Shown: positions 30,251 through 41,864, counted from the stretch's first letter. The stretch: DNA of 50,291 nucleotides from a bacterium (GCA_046758365.1 JBHIAC010000008.1:1-50291), one strand, 5' to 3'. Program-made: numbers and translations. The notes: generated by a model not told the origin, from the letters alone.

Positions 30251-31090
30251 TTACTGAAGTGGTACATCGATTTGTAAAGCCCGCTCTGAACCCGGACCGC
30301 GCCAACCTTCCTGGGAAACTAAAACACCTTTAAGACGAGCCGGCGGCTTCTCAGCAAAAGGTGATCTCTTGATTCTGATGATGTATCCTTTTTTAGTTTT
30401 TAAAATTTTTTGTGGTGCAGAGTGATCTATAACACCAGCCTGTTCTGGAAAAAATATCATGCTTAAGATCTTACCATTAAACCAAACAGGTGGAATAAGT
30501 TGGATAATAATTAGAGATTCGTCATGCTTTGCATTTATTTTCCAATCTGAATATGTAATAGGCACGTTCTTACGCGTCATTTCAAATTGTTTTGCCCAAC
30601 GATGATCAAACTTTGGAACTTCATCTTTAACAGGTAATGCGATTTTCAAATCCGAATGGCCTGGCAGACAAATATCTTTACATTCCAGCCAGTCCACACT
30701 CGCTGACAGTACAACATTTTTGCTTAAATTAATGGATTCGGGTACTTCAATCATTGTTAGTAGAAGAACTTCCTCTTCATAACCAAAACTCACAATAGGT
30801 GTCGTATCAAATCTTTGTGGATAAGGCCATTGAATATCGCTTGCGTGAAATCCCTTTGGAAGTTTCCATTCAATTTTCGTGGGTAAGCCAGAATCGCCAG
30901 GATTTCGCCAATAGGTATGCCAATGTTTATCCATTTGAAGTCGGACTGCAACCCAAATGGGGCGACCTGGCTGGATGGATAAGACTTCAGATATGAGTTC
31001 AGCCTTTACATGATCTGAATGAATAGGCTCTGCCCAAAGTGTCGTGATTAGAAAAAACAAACTAAAAAATGTAACTTTTGATATTTGCAA
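30251..31090 (-). CDS. Exported DsbD-family N-terminal domain protein
   Basis: WHTYWRNPGDSGLP, IQWPYP, WLECKDICLPG; no membrane or thioredoxin domain. Confidence 0.85.
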   Translation of the reverse strand: MQISKVTFFSLFFLITTLWAEPIHSDHVKAELISEVLSIQPGRPIWVAVRLQMDKHWHTYWRNPGDSGLPTKIEWKLPKGFHASDIQWPYPQRFDTTPIVSFGYEEEVLLLTMIEVPESINLSKNVVLSASVDWLECKDICLPGHSDLKIALPVKDEVPKFDHRWAKQFEMTRKNVPITYSDWKINAKHDESLIIIQLIPPVWFNGKILSMIFFPEQAGVIDHSAPQKILKTKKGYIIRIKRSPFAEKPPARLKGVLVSQEGWRGPGSERALQIDVPLQ

Positions 31091-31170
31091 ATGAGTTGAC
31101 TAAAGGTTTATGAAAAATAACTACCGCAAATGTTGATAATGTGTTACCATTCTTCTAAGTTCAGTAATTA

Positions 31171-32772
31171 TCAATTGAGAAATTCAAGTAAATAAGTATC
31201 AGGATTTTTTAAATGAATAACTACACGAAATTTATTTGGATTCTTTTGAATAGCAGGCACTAAGTATTTAGGAGTCGAGCCATAACCAAGTTGATCGACC
31301 ACGACATAATCAACCTCCTGCTCTCTTAATCTTTGAATCAATTTTTGATCATCCCTAGTAAAAGCATAAACAGTTACTGAACGGTCTGAAAACAAATAGA
31401 AAAATTCTGCCTTGCGGCAACTTACTATTGTATTAGATGGAGTATTTTGTTTCACCCAGTTTGCAAGGCGAAAATAATTCATCCAATTAGGTGGATAAGT
31501 TCTCTGTGATTTAATGTGTTGCTGTTGTAATGGGAAAAAATAAAACAGCAAAATAGGCGAAAGAAATAACGGACTAAATTTTAAACTTAGATGCTTTTTT
31601 TCTAAAATTGTCTTGATAAATTCATAAAATCCATAAAAAACAAAAAAAGTAAGAAACGGTATAATTCCGACAATAAATCGTATCCCATACCAAACTTCAG
31701 GCCAAAGAAAAGTAATTCCCAAAATACCAGCAAGGTATCCAATAAACAGGGTCTGATACGATTTCAACTTTATGATCCCGTAGATAAACAATCCCAGTAT
31801 CGCAATACCAATACTCCAACCTATAAGTGGTTTAGAGTAAAGCGCTTTTTCCAAAAATGGTAGACAACCATTGGGAATCTCGATAGAAATATATCTTAAA
31901 AAATTAGTTAAAAAGCGTTTAAATATATCAACTATTCCTACAAAGCCAAGTGTAGAATCATAAGGATTGACCATGATTAATTGATTCAAATAAGGATTAC
32001 CGCCAAGTATCTGTCCCCGTATAAACCAAGGAATAACGAGTACCATAAAACTAATTCCGGTGTACAAAACATACAACCACTTTTTCCTTAAAATGAAATA
32101 AAAGATGATTCCAAAAACAGCGGCGATCCCTATTGTGCGAATATAATAGGCTATCGCTAAGCATGATATTATTATTAATAACAAAATATTTTTATATGGC
32201 TTCTTTGAGAAATTAATTTTTGTTGTTAAATACAAAGCTAAAGAAGTAAAGAAAAGATAAGGAATTTCACTCATCATTATTGAGGCGTAACGAAGTAAAT
32301 GAGAATTAACAGCAATAATAAGCGTCGTTAAAGCCGTAAATTTAATTTCAACCTGAGCTCGATTGAACAGCAAAAACAGAACAACAATAGATAAAAAAAA
32401 GAACAAACCATTTGCTATTTTAATAGTTATTACATTATCAGATATGATGAACATGATTAATGAAATAATAGTAGGATATCCCGGAGGAAAATGATTTGAA
32501 GGTGGCTTCTCTGCATTCCAGATATTAACAAATCCTTCACCTTTGGCAAGCGCCTTACCAAGTAAGTAATAACCTACATTATCTCCATTTAGATCAAGTT
32601 TTTGATCAAAGATGTTAATGTAACTGATAACACAAATAGATAAAATAAAAAGAATCCAAAATACTGATTGTGTGTTTAAAAATTGTCCCGAACGATGAGT
32701 GGCTGATTTGTGCTTATGTTTTTTTGACTTCCTGGCCTTTTTATTTTTATTCTCAGCAGTTGTAATTACCAT
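31171..32772 (-). CDS. Polytopic membrane glycosyltransferase (GT-C/ArnT-like)
   Basis: GDN..YY.LGKALA.G.G, HFPPGYP, MSEIPY, many TM helices, periplasmic C-terminal domain. Confidence 0.8.
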   Translation of the reverse strand: MVITTAENKNKKARKSKKHKHKSATHRSGQFLNTQSVFWILFILSICVISYINIFDQKLDLNGDNVGYYLLGKALAKGEGFVNIWNAEKPPSNHFPPGYPTIISLIMFIISDNVITIKIANGLFFFLSIVVLFLLFNRAQVEIKFTALTTLIIAVNSHLLRYASIMMSEIPYLFFTSLALYLTTKINFSKKPYKNILLLIIISCLAIAYYIRTIGIAAVFGIIFYFILRKKWLYVLYTGISFMVLVIPWFIRGQILGGNPYLNQLIMVNPYDSTLGFVGIVDIFKRFLTNFLRYISIEIPNGCLPFLEKALYSKPLIGWSIGIAILGLFIYGIIKLKSYQTLFIGYLAGILGITFLWPEVWYGIRFIVGIIPFLTFFVFYGFYEFIKTILEKKHLSLKFSPLFLSPILLFYFFPLQQQHIKSQRTYPPNWMNYFRLANWVKQNTPSNTIVSCRKAEFFYLFSDRSVTVYAFTRDDQKLIQRLREQEVDYVVVDQLGYGSTPKYLVPAIQKNPNKFRVVIHLKNPDTYLLEFLN

Positions 32773-32884
32773 TTATGTTCCTTAAGTAAAATCAAACTGT
32801 TTATTCAGGGTCACAGATGAGTCGGATTTCGCGCTGGAACATGGTTCCAGTGAGTTTTTACTACACAACCGTTCAGATAAAAAA

Positions 32885-33595
32885 TTAGTTCCAAAGTCGA
32901 AATCGCAGCAGGTGCCACAAGCCAGCGAGTCCATCGAGCCATGTAATTTTCTTCCCTTCTATAAAAGTACGTCCGCTGTAAGAAATTGGTATCTGGTAAA
33001 TCCGACATTTAAGTTTGGCAACTTTCATAGTAAATTCTGGTTCAAAGCCAAAGCGATTGGATTTGAACTGAATATTCTGAAGGATGGAGGTCCGAAATAC
33101 TTTATAACACGTCTCCATATCGTTTAAGTTAAGATTAGATAGCATATTTGAAAATAAGGTCAGTAATTTATTTCCCATGTAATGCCAGAAGTACAAAACG
33201 CGTTGGGGGCCGCCCAAAAATCGTGAACCATAAACCACATCGGCCTTGCCCTCTAAAATTGGCTTAAGTAATTTAGGATATTCTTGAGGATCGTATTCTA
33301 AATCAGCATCCTGAACGATTACGATCTGCCCAGTAACATGAGCAAAGCTTGTCCGCAACGCCGCTCCTTTTCCACGATTCCGTTCGTGAAAAAATATCTT
33401 TAAAGCCTTATTTTCGTTTTGCATTTCTTTTAAAATCTCACGGGTTCCATCCGTTGAAAAATCATCAACAATGATAATCTCTTTTTCCAAACCTAAATCT
33501 ACATTCCATACGCGGCGTACAATTTCACGAATCGTTTCTTGTTCACAATAAACCGGAATAACAATGGAAATTTTATTTATCTGCATATATATCAA
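32885..33595 (-). CDS. GT2 polyprenol-phosphate glycosyltransferase (DPM1-like)
   Basis: VDDFSTDGT, NRGKGAA, QDADLEYDP, VYGSRF, DMETCYK. Confidence 0.92.
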   Translation of the reverse strand: MIYMQINKISIVIPVYCEQETIREIVRRVWNVDLGLEKEIIIVDDFSTDGTREILKEMQNENKALKIFFHERNRGKGAALRTSFAHVTGQIVIVQDADLEYDPQEYPKLLKPILEGKADVVYGSRFLGGPQRVLYFWHYMGNKLLTLFSNMLSNLNLNDMETCYKVFRTSILQNIQFKSNRFGFEPEFTMKVAKLKCRIYQIPISYSGRTFIEGKKITWLDGLAGLWHLLRFRLWN

Positions 33596-33615
33596 TAATT
33601 ATGAGTATTCAATTA

Positions 33616-35418
33616 CTAAACAAATAGTTCAAGTTCCTTTTCAACCGCCTTCACAATGACCCCTTCTGAACTCAATTTCTGCATAGTTTCAATTTTTGTT
33701 TGAAGATATTCATCCTCTTTCATTAATTGAAATGGATAGTGTGTCTTATCTAAAGATTCAACTTTAAATTTTCTTATAAATTCAAACGCGGCCGCAGAGC
33801 CTCTTCCCAATGGAAATTTTTCTAAACTTACCGACTCATATTGACAGCTTAAATGCAGCCCTTGAATCGCACAGAGATATTCCATTGCGATAAGATATTG
33901 AACATTTTGTTCAATATTCTGTGCTTTTCTGGCGGCAGTTAAACCCATACTCACATGGTCTTCCTGATTATCTGATGTGGGAATGGTATCTACGCTGGCA
34001 GGGTGAGCTAAAATTTTGTTCTCTGAGACAAGTTGTGCAGCCGTATATTGAACAATCATGTACCCCGTATTTAAACCTATTTCTCCTCCTGATAAATTAC
34101 GCGGTAAGCCAAAATTCATGCTTGGACTCAATAGACGGTAGAGGCGGCGTTCAGAGATGCTGCCAATTTCTGCTAAGGCAATTCCTAAATAGTCCATAGC
34201 CAAAGCTAAGGGTTCGCCATGAAAATTACCACCGCTTTTGATTTTATATCCAGCACCATTTTTGTCAAGAAAAATAACCGGATTATCTGTTACGGCCCTA
34301 ATTTCTCGCTCAACAATATTTTTTACGAAATGAAAGGCATCTTTGCAAGCACCATGAACTTGCGGTACACAACGTAAAGAATAGGCATCTTGTACCCTAT
34401 CTTTCTCGAATTCATGATCACGCATATATTTTTTAAGTAATACCACAGAATTCTCCAACTCAGAGTCTTTTTTAAATTGTTTCTCTGTAATATATTGAAA
34501 ATAGGCGAGTCGCGCCTCCGGGGACATACGTTTACTATTGTGGATCATATTTCGAATGTTATCGGCCGTGTTGATTTGCCCTACTTGATTTCTCAAATTA
34601 TGCAGATCTTCAGAAAAAGCATCTTTCTCACACATCATGGCTTCAAGACTGAGCGCTGCAGATATATCAGCATTTTTTAGTAAAATCTCGACATCATATA
34701 TTAAATGGACTGCCATGGAAAGCATCATCGCCGTAGAATTTGTGAGCGACACGGCCTCCTTGCCTTGCAAACGAATTGTTTGAAATGTAACTTCTTCGCC
34801 ATTATGGAAAAATTTCAGAACCTCATCAGAAAACTTTAAATTCTTAACTTTTTGTCTTTCCATACTGACCCAAACTTCAGCTTCATCTTCACCTGCCAAC
34901 ACTGAAGTTATGTGCGTAAGGGGTGCCAAATCGCCACTAGCTCCTAAAGATCCCTGCTCAGGTACTACTGGATGAATCCTTTTGTTCAACATCTCAATGA
35001 GTTTGTCAATAATTTCAGCCCGTACCCCAGAATAACCTTTTGCCAGGGCATTGGATTGAAGCAGCATGGCCCCACGAACAATTTCCACATCCAGTGGATC
35101 GCCGACGCCAACGCTGTGAGATTTAACATAAAGCTCTTGAAATTTTTCAATATTTTCTTGGGAAATTTTTACGTTTTTTAAAGAGCCGATTCCGGTATTA
35201 AATCCATATCGAGGTTGTGCCGAATCGTTAAACCAATGCTCTTCGACATATTTTCTCATTTCTTCTACTTTTTTCCGTTTAGGTCCGGTGAAGGGTTCCA
35301 CCCGAGCAAAGTGACGTGTGACTGCTATGATTTTATTAACTGTAAGCTCTTCATCGTTAAGAGAAACAAGTTTAATATTTTTAGGATCATCAGGTTGTGG
35401 AATCGATTGCTGCTTCAA
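33616..35418 (-). CDS. hutH: Aromatic amino acid ammonia-lyase, HAL-type
   Basis: MIO motif GSLGASGDLAPL, YGFNTG, HAL-type SH pair (KSHSVG), QDAYSLRC, GGNFHG, NQEDHVSMG; GAGGAGG RBS before a TTG start. Confidence 0.8.
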   Translation of the reverse strand: MKQQSIPQPDDPKNIKLVSLNDEELTVNKIIAVTRHFARVEPFTGPKRKKVEEMRKYVEEHWFNDSAQPRYGFNTGIGSLKNVKISQENIEKFQELYVKSHSVGVGDPLDVEIVRGAMLLQSNALAKGYSGVRAEIIDKLIEMLNKRIHPVVPEQGSLGASGDLAPLTHITSVLAGEDEAEVWVSMERQKVKNLKFSDEVLKFFHNGEEVTFQTIRLQGKEAVSLTNSTAMMLSMAVHLIYDVEILLKNADISAALSLEAMMCEKDAFSEDLHNLRNQVGQINTADNIRNMIHNSKRMSPEARLAYFQYITEKQFKKDSELENSVVLLKKYMRDHEFEKDRVQDAYSLRCVPQVHGACKDAFHFVKNIVEREIRAVTDNPVIFLDKNGAGYKIKSGGNFHGEPLALAMDYLGIALAEIGSISERRLYRLLSPSMNFGLPRNLSGGEIGLNTGYMIVQYTAAQLVSENKILAHPASVDTIPTSDNQEDHVSMGLTAARKAQNIEQNVQYLIAMEYLCAIQGLHLSCQYESVSLEKFPLGRGSAAAFEFIRKFKVESLDKTHYPFQLMKEDEYLQTKIETMQKLSSEGVIVKAVEKELELFV

Positions 35419-35724
35419 TGTTCCTCCTCTTTAAATGTTTAATGACAGGATATACAGGATTTTATATGCTTTTAAAAGATATCTTAAAAACATAGTGTGG
35501 CAAAGCCGCAATTCAATTAAAGCCAACGGATAGAAACAACTCAACATATGGAAAAGCTAAAAAAAATCCGCTGGAAGTATGCGGGAAATCAGAACAGGAC
35601 ATGTGTCCAAATGCCTAATTTAGCTCCACACATTGACCTACTTTGAGATAAATATCCTATATCAAAAGTACGCTCAGCATAAATCTACTGAGCGATCTAA
35701 TATCTTGGAAATTAAGTAAATTTT

Positions 35725-37947
35725 TTAGACCTCCATTTTATTTCGAATTGCATTTCGATACAAACATTCAAGCTCATCAACTTCAGTATTTATCAAATTG
35801 TTTATTGTCAAATTAGTTCCTCCAACTCGACCGATCATCGTCATTGGGGCTTTATGATTTTCACATAATTGCTTTAATTGCGGTAATTTATTTCCAGATA
35901 GCGAAAGAATAATTCTGGACGGGTCTTCTCCAAATAAAATGAAATCCCTTCGGCTGTGTATTTTCAAATGAATTTGTGCTCCGACTTTCTGCTCTGGATT
36001 TAAAAAGCAACATTCCGCCAGTGCCACGGCTAACCCTCCCTCCGAAACATCGTGAGCAGAATGGATCCAGCCACTTTGGATGGCTACTAAACAGGCTTTT
36101 TGCAGGCGCTTTTCAAATTCTAAATCCAATTGAGGACAATCGCCTGCTACTTTGTTAAATTGTACCTTCAAATATTCGCTTCCGCCAACTTCTCCCCTAT
36201 TTTCACCTAGAAGAACGATGACATCTCCTTCCTGTTTAAACCAGGCTGTAGTAGCATGACTCAAATCCTCTACAATACCGAGCATTCCAATTACGGGTGT
36301 GGGAAAAACAGCACTTTCAGGATTTTCGTTATAAAAGCTGACGTTACCGCCTGTTACTGGCGTTTCTAAAGCTCGACAAGCCTCTCCAATACCAGTGACC
36401 GCTTCTTTAAACTGCCAGTAAATCTCCGGTTTGTAAGGATTGCCAAAATTCAAACAGTTGGTAATGGCCACTGGTTTCCCACCGGTACAAATCACATTTC
36501 TTGCTGATTCTGCTACCGATATTTTCGCACCCATTCGTGGATTCAAATACACATAGCGGCCGTTGCAATCGGTTTTCATAGCCAATCCGCGATTGGTACC
36601 TTTAACACGTACTACAGCGGCATCCGATCCAGGGAAAACCACTGTGTTGGTTCGCACCATGTGATCATACTGATGAATCACCCACTCCTTGCTGGCAATA
36701 TTAGGAGAAGTGAGAAGATTTTTCAAAATTTGTGTGTAATTTCTTGGCTCAGGCAGAGAATTAAAATCAAAATTATGAAGCTCTTCAAGGTACGCCGGCT
36801 TGTGAGATTCTCTTTGATAAACTGGAGCACCACCGCCTAAAACCAAAGCTTTCGCTGAAATTTGCGCGACCCAAAAACCATTTACATTTACATTTACATT
36901 TGGACCTGAAGTCACATGTCCAATGATTTCAGCATTCAAGTCCCATTTATCGCAAATCTCCTTTACAGCATTTTCTTTTCCTTTATTCACCACCACCAGC
37001 ATTCGTTCTTGAGATTCAGAAAGCATAATTTCGTAGGGGCTCATGCCTTCTTCTCTCAGCGGTACCTTGCTTAAATCAATTACCATTCCACTATCGCCTC
37101 TTGCAGACATTTCGCTGGTGGAACAGGTAATTCCGGCAGCCCCCATGTCCTGAACCCCTACCAGAAGGTCATTTTTAATCATTTCTAAAGTGGCTTCCAG
37201 AAGGAGTTTTTCGGTAAATGGGTCGCCCACCTGCACTTGTGGTCTGCGTTCTTCCGAGCCTTCATCGATTTCCTCAGAAGCAAAAGTAGCTCCGTGAATA
37301 CCATCCCTGCCCGTAGAGGAGCCAACAATCATCACTGTGTTCTTTTCTCCTTTGGCAACGGCTTTAGCAATCTTATCGTGTTTGACAATACCTACGGCCA
37401 TGCAGTTAACCAGCGGATTGCCCTGGTAGCTATCGTCAAAATAGACCTCTCCCGCAACCGTTGGCACGCCAAAGCAATTTCCGTAATCGCCTATGCCTCT
37501 TACCACGCCGTCAAAAAGATATCGAACTCTGGGGTCGTCTAAAGAGCCAAATCGCAGAGAGTTTAAAGAGGCAATGGGTCGAGCTCCCAGGGAAAAAATA
37601 TCGCGCATGATACCACCAACCCCGGTGGCTGCGCCTTGGTAAGGTTCTACGGCCGAAGGATGATTGTGGCTTTCAATTTTAAAGGCAACCGCCAATCCAT
37701 CCCCGATATCAATCAGGCCGGCGTTTTCTTCGCCAGCTTTAACTAACAGATGTTCACCGTCTCTTGGCAAAGTTTTCAACAATGCGATGGAATTTTTGTA
37801 GCTGCAGTGCTCAGACCACATGACCGAAAAAATCCCCAATTCCGTAAAAGTAGGCGTTCTTCCCAGAAGTTCTAAGATGCGCGCATACTCTTCTTCCGAT
37901 AAACCGTGAGCTTTGGCAAGCTCTAAATCAACGTTGGGTTCTTTCAT
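35725..37947 (-). CDS. purL: Phosphoribosylformylglycinamidine synthase subunit PurL
   Basis: [33 protein letters not shown]. Confidence 0.97.
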   Translation of the reverse strand: MKEPNVDLELAKAHGLSEEEYARILELLGRTPTFTELGIFSVMWSEHCSYKNSIALLKTLPRDGEHLLVKAGEENAGLIDIGDGLAVAFKIESHNHPSAVEPYQGAATGVGGIMRDIFSLGARPIASLNSLRFGSLDDPRVRYLFDGVVRGIGDYGNCFGVPTVAGEVYFDDSYQGNPLVNCMAVGIVKHDKIAKAVAKGEKNTVMIVGSSTGRDGIHGATFASEEIDEGSEERRPQVQVGDPFTEKLLLEATLEMIKNDLLVGVQDMGAAGITCSTSEMSARGDSGMVIDLSKVPLREEGMSPYEIMLSESQERMLVVVNKGKENAVKEICDKWDLNAEIIGHVTSGPNVNVNVNGFWVAQISAKALVLGGGAPVYQRESHKPAYLEELHNFDFNSLPEPRNYTQILKNLLTSPNIASKEWVIHQYDHMVRTNTVVFPGSDAAVVRVKGTNRGLAMKTDCNGRYVYLNPRMGAKISVAESARNVICTGGKPVAITNCLNFGNPYKPEIYWQFKEAVTGIGEACRALETPVTGGNVSFYNENPESAVFPTPVIGMLGIVEDLSHATTAWFKQEGDVIVLLGENRGEVGGSEYLKVQFNKVAGDCPQLDLEFEKRLQKACLVAIQSGWIHSAHDVSEGGLAVALAECCFLNPEQKVGAQIHLKIHSRRDFILFGEDPSRIILSLSGNKLPQLKQLCENHKAPMTMIGRVGGTNLTINNLINTEVDELECLYRNAIRNKMEV

Positions 37948-37958
37948 ACCTGATTATC

Positions 37959-39398
37959 TCATTTTATTGATATCAATATGTCAGTTTCAACCTCTTTAGA
38001 AAAATAATTATAAGAAGAATACGTCGGCTCTATTTTTAATTTGAATGTGTAAGTACCTTGAGGCACAGGTTTCAAATTTCTATAAGTCCCGTTCCCATAA
38101 ATCTTTGCATTTTCGATTTTGAGGTGCGGAATTCTTTTCCAATTTCCATCTATATAAATCTTTTGTGGGCCAGAAAAATATTGTGCTTTTTTTAAAATTT
38201 GTTTCTCTAATTTTTCATTTGGATTTTCAATATACAAAGTCAGAAATGATGGCTCCGTGAGAAAAAAATCAAGAACGATTATATCTAACTCAGAATCCCA
38301 ATTTCCTTCAAAATTAACTATGTCCGTACCTATCCAGTAATACTGGGCTGATTCTTTCTCTGCCACAAAAACTTGTCCAAATCGTTTGTAAATGGCGATA
38401 CCTCTTGGTTCCAAAAACTCCTTATCGCCTTTTCCGCGTCTCCCAAATGAAGTCAAGTAATTCAAATTTCTATCAAATTTGTGGATACAGTGATTTTCGG
38501 TATCGGTAACCCATATATTACTGTAGTAATCAATTGCTAAGTAGGCCAGATGACCTGTTAAAAATCCAAAATCTTTTAAGCGAATGGCTTTCAAGAATTT
38601 GCCATCGAGGGTAAATTTTTGCACTCTCGTATTGTCTAAATCAATCAAGGCTATAAAATTGTCCTTGTAATATGACCATTTTTGTGCGCCATCGGTAACC
38701 GCGATTCCAGTAGGGTGCCAAAGTTCGCCGTCTTCCACTCCCTGATCCCCAAACCATAGATGAAGCATATCATTTGGACGCAGGATTTGGATTCGATGAT
38801 TTCCAGTATCGCTCACATAAACCATACCATGAGAATCCAGCGCTACCCCTTGAGGCGCCTCAAATTGTCCTGGTAACGCACCCCGACCCCCTATGCCACA
38901 CACGAATTTAAGAATTTTCTTAGGATTAAAGAACCGAACTATCCTATGATTTCCAGTATCAGCTACATAAACATCACCTATCTCATTTGCCGCAACACCT
39001 GTAGGGTTTTTTAATGCCCTTTCCCCTATCTCATTTATGCCGTAAATACCCAACGAGGTCATAGATGTATTATAAACAATAACATTTTCACCAGAATTAA
39101 TCCCATAACCTGTCACCTCATCGTCATCTTTCTTATTATTGGGATCGTCCCAACTTTTTAGCCGAACAATAGCAAGTCCTTGGGGATTGCGGACCTTGAC
39201 TTTATTTTTTGTATATATCATGAAATGGGTTTTGGTAGCTTTTCGAATTCCCATGGTATGTAAAAAGGATGGGAAAACTAAGGTTGTGGGATCGTATTTT
39301 TTGTCGTCTAATGCGAAAAGAATTGCGGGAATTACAATTAAAATTATTAGAATGGTTGTGTGGATTTTTCTCATGCTAATTTTTCTGGCTAACCACAA
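37959..39398 (-). CDS. Exported NHL-repeat (beta-propeller) protein
   Basis: Repeated P.GVA..D..VYV.DTGNHRI units; signal peptide. Confidence 0.88.
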   Translation of the reverse strand: MWLARKISMRKIHTTILIILIVIPAILFALDDKKYDPTTLVFPSFLHTMGIRKATKTHFMIYTKNKVKVRNPQGLAIVRLKSWDDPNNKKDDDEVTGYGINSGENVIVYNTSMTSLGIYGINEIGERALKNPTGVAANEIGDVYVADTGNHRIVRFFNPKKILKFVCGIGGRGALPGQFEAPQGVALDSHGMVYVSDTGNHRIQILRPNDMLHLWFGDQGVEDGELWHPTGIAVTDGAQKWSYYKDNFIALIDLDNTRVQKFTLDGKFLKAIRLKDFGFLTGHLAYLAIDYYSNIWVTDTENHCIHKFDRNLNYLTSFGRRGKGDKEFLEPRGIAIYKRFGQVFVAEKESAQYYWIGTDIVNFEGNWDSELDIIVLDFFLTEPSFLTLYIENPNEKLEKQILKKAQYFSGPQKIYIDGNWKRIPHLKIENAKIYGNGTYRNLKPVPQGTYTFKLKIEPTYSSYNYFSKEVETDILISIK

Positions 39399-41229
39399 AA
39401 TGAAAATGTTCCCAAATCTTTTTAGCTAAATCTGGGTTAATTCCTTCAACAATCTCTATTTCATCCACAGTTGCTTCTCTAAGATTTTTCACAGATCCAA
39501 AATATTTAACTAAAGCAGTTCGTCGGGCTGGACCAATCCCTGGGATTGTATCCAAAACAGATTGTGTCGTACGTTTTTTTCGTAAAGTCCGATGGTAAGT
39601 AATTGCAAAACGATGGGCTTCGTCTCGAATATGTTGCAGCAGTTTGAGACCCGAAGAAGTTTTAGGAATATTTTGTGGGTCTGAGGCCCCTGGGACAAAC
39701 ACCTCATCCAGCCTTTTAGCCAGTGCAGCAACTGGCTGCTCATGCATCTCTAATTCGGCTAAAACGCCTAACACGGTGGATAACTGACCCTTTCCTCCAT
39801 CCACTAAAATGAGGTCTGGTGCCTCTAATTTATTTGCTAATGTCCCGCTGTATCGTCTTCTTACAGCCTCGGCCATCATGGCAAAATCGTCGGGGGTTTC
39901 TTTTACTAGAATTTTGAATTTTCTATATTCACTCTTTTTGGGCTTGCCATTTACAAATGTCACCATTGCAGCCACTGGATCAGTTCCTTGAATATTTGAA
40001 ACATCAAAACATTCAATTCTTCTTGGTGTCTTATTTAAACGTAAATCTCGTTGTAAGGCTTTCACATTGTGGGGAATATAATCTTTTACTTTAAGCTTTT
40101 CCAATTTTAGCTCTTCCAAAAGCAATTGAGCATTTTTTAAGCCCATCTCTACAAGCTTAGCCTTTTGTCCCTTTTTAGGTACTACCAATTTCACTTTGGT
40201 TCCATGTTTTTCTGAAAGCCAATGTTGCACCTCTTGGGTATCATCTATTTCGCATGGCAAAAATATTTCTTCCGGGATGAAATCCGACTTTAAATAAAAC
40301 TGCTTTAGAAAAGAAGAGACAACATTTTCAAATTTTTCCTCTTCCACACCGTATAAATAAAAATGTTGACGACCCATAATTTTGCCATCCCGTACTTTAA
40401 AAACCACACCACAGGCATCTTCATCTTCCATCGCCACCGCCACAATGTCCCGATCCATGAGCTCATCTGTAACCACTTTTTGTTTGTATTGAAAATTCTC
40501 AATGGATTGGATTTGATCCCGTACTCTGGCTGCTTCTTCGTATCGCTTGGCCTCTGCGAGCCTTCGCATTCTCTCTTTAAGTTCATTTACAACCTGACTG
40601 TTTTTCCCATTGATAAAATTGACAATCTGTTCAACCATTTTTTTATACGCAAGATCCCCCACCAGTCTTTCACATGGGCCATCACATTTTTTGATGTAGT
40701 AATCCAAACAAAGTTTGTATTTTTTTCTGGCAACAGCTTGTTTAGTAAGATCATAGTTACAGCTTCGAATGGGGAAAATACGCTTAACTGATTTTAGTAA
40801 ATCTCGCATAGCCCCCACATCCGTGTAAGGGCCAAAATATCTTGAACCATCTCGAACAATTTTACGTGTCGGGAAGATTCGAGGGAATCGCTCATTGGTT
40901 ACGCGGATGTAAGGGTAACTTTTATCATCTTTCAAATTAATGTTGTAGCGCGGCTTGTACTCCTTAACTAAATTCATCTCAAGGATTAAAGCTTCCATCT
41001 CTGTATCGGTTACAATCGTTTCAAACTCCGCAATTTTTGATTTCAATCGACAAAGCTTAAGGCCTTCCAGTCTGCCGTCTTGAAAATATGAACGAACTCG
41101 ATTTCGCAGTACTTTGGCTTTTCCTATATAAATAATTTTACCTTTTCTATCTTTAAAAAGATAACAACCAGGCTTCTTAGGAAGATTTACCAATTTTTCA
41201 TGCAGGGTTTGTGAAAGCGATGCGTGCAT
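39376..41229 (-). CDS. uvrC: Excinuclease ABC subunit C
   Basis: GIY-YIG N-terminus (PGCYLF..IIYIGKAKVLR), RIECFDVSN, DGGKGQL, RDEAHRFA, HhH. Confidence 0.97.
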   Translation of the reverse strand: MHASLSQTLHEKLVNLPKKPGCYLFKDRKGKIIYIGKAKVLRNRVRSYFQDGRLEGLKLCRLKSKIAEFETIVTDTEMEALILEMNLVKEYKPRYNINLKDDKSYPYIRVTNERFPRIFPTRKIVRDGSRYFGPYTDVGAMRDLLKSVKRIFPIRSCNYDLTKQAVARKKYKLCLDYYIKKCDGPCERLVGDLAYKKMVEQIVNFINGKNSQVVNELKERMRRLAEAKRYEEAARVRDQIQSIENFQYKQKVVTDELMDRDIVAVAMEDEDACGVVFKVRDGKIMGRQHFYLYGVEEEKFENVVSSFLKQFYLKSDFIPEEIFLPCEIDDTQEVQHWLSEKHGTKVKLVVPKKGQKAKLVEMGLKNAQLLLEELKLEKLKVKDYIPHNVKALQRDLRLNKTPRRIECFDVSNIQGTDPVAAMVTFVNGKPKKSEYRKFKILVKETPDDFAMMAEAVRRRYSGTLANKLEAPDLILVDGGKGQLSTVLGVLAELEMHEQPVAALAKRLDEVFVPGASDPQNIPKTSSGLKLLQHIRDEAHRFAITYHRTLRKKRTTQSVLDTIPGIGPARRTALVKYFGSVKNLREATVDEIEIVEGINPDLAKKIWEHFHFVVSQKN

Positions 41230-41280
41230 TGAATTTACAACCCGATTGGTAATGTCATCGGAATTTCTAAAAATGTCTAT

Positions 41281-41706
41281 TCAACTCTTGGAGTATTTAT
41301 CAGATTTCGGATATTCCACGAGTTCCATCAAAATTCCTCTGGTACTTTTGGGATGAATAAAAGCTACTTTAGAGTCTCCGGCGCCCTTTCCTGAAGCCTG
41401 TTCAATAAATTGCAGTCCCAATTTAGACATAGCCTCTACCGCCTTTTCCAAATCATCCACTTCAAAACAAATATGATGAATACCCTCCCCCCGTTTTTCA
41501 ACAAATTTAGAAATTGACGAATCTGGATGAGTGCCTTTTAAGAGCTCCAGCCGGACCTCCCCAACAGAAAAAAAAACTGTGGCAACTCTCTGCCCATGCA
41601 AAACTTCTTGATGACTCGGTTCCTTTCCTGTAATAGTTCGATATTTTTCTACCGCTGAATCTAATTCTGCAACCGCAATTCCAAGGTGATCAACTTTTTT
41701 TAACAT
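41281..41706 (-). CDS. mce: Methylmalonyl-CoA epimerase
   Basis: DHLGIAV, RGEGIHHICFEV, FIHPKST.GIL.ELVE. Confidence 0.92.
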   Translation of the reverse strand: MLKKVDHLGIAVAELDSAVEKYRTITGKEPSHQEVLHGQRVATVFFSVGEVRLELLKGTHPDSSISKFVEKRGEGIHHICFEVDDLEKAVEAMSKLGLQFIEQASGKGAGDSKVAFIHPKSTRGILMELVEYPKSDKYSKS

Positions 41707-41864
41707 TTTTAAACATACAAATGATTAGATTAAAAATCAAGTTCAATCCATGACGTTAGTGCAAAAACAGGATAATCTCACCTTTTAGGACGCAAGATTT
41801 CTGTTCCGTTGGGTAAATATCCTACGAGATGGATCCAACGTCCATGACACCTTAAGTTTTTTTA

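Noticed and set aside
35443..35462. ACAGGATATACAGGAT short tandem repeat (possible CsrA sites or CRISPR remnant)
   Set aside because: Two copies only, no spacers or cas genes, and on the strand opposite to hutH; likely a degenerate intergenic repeat.
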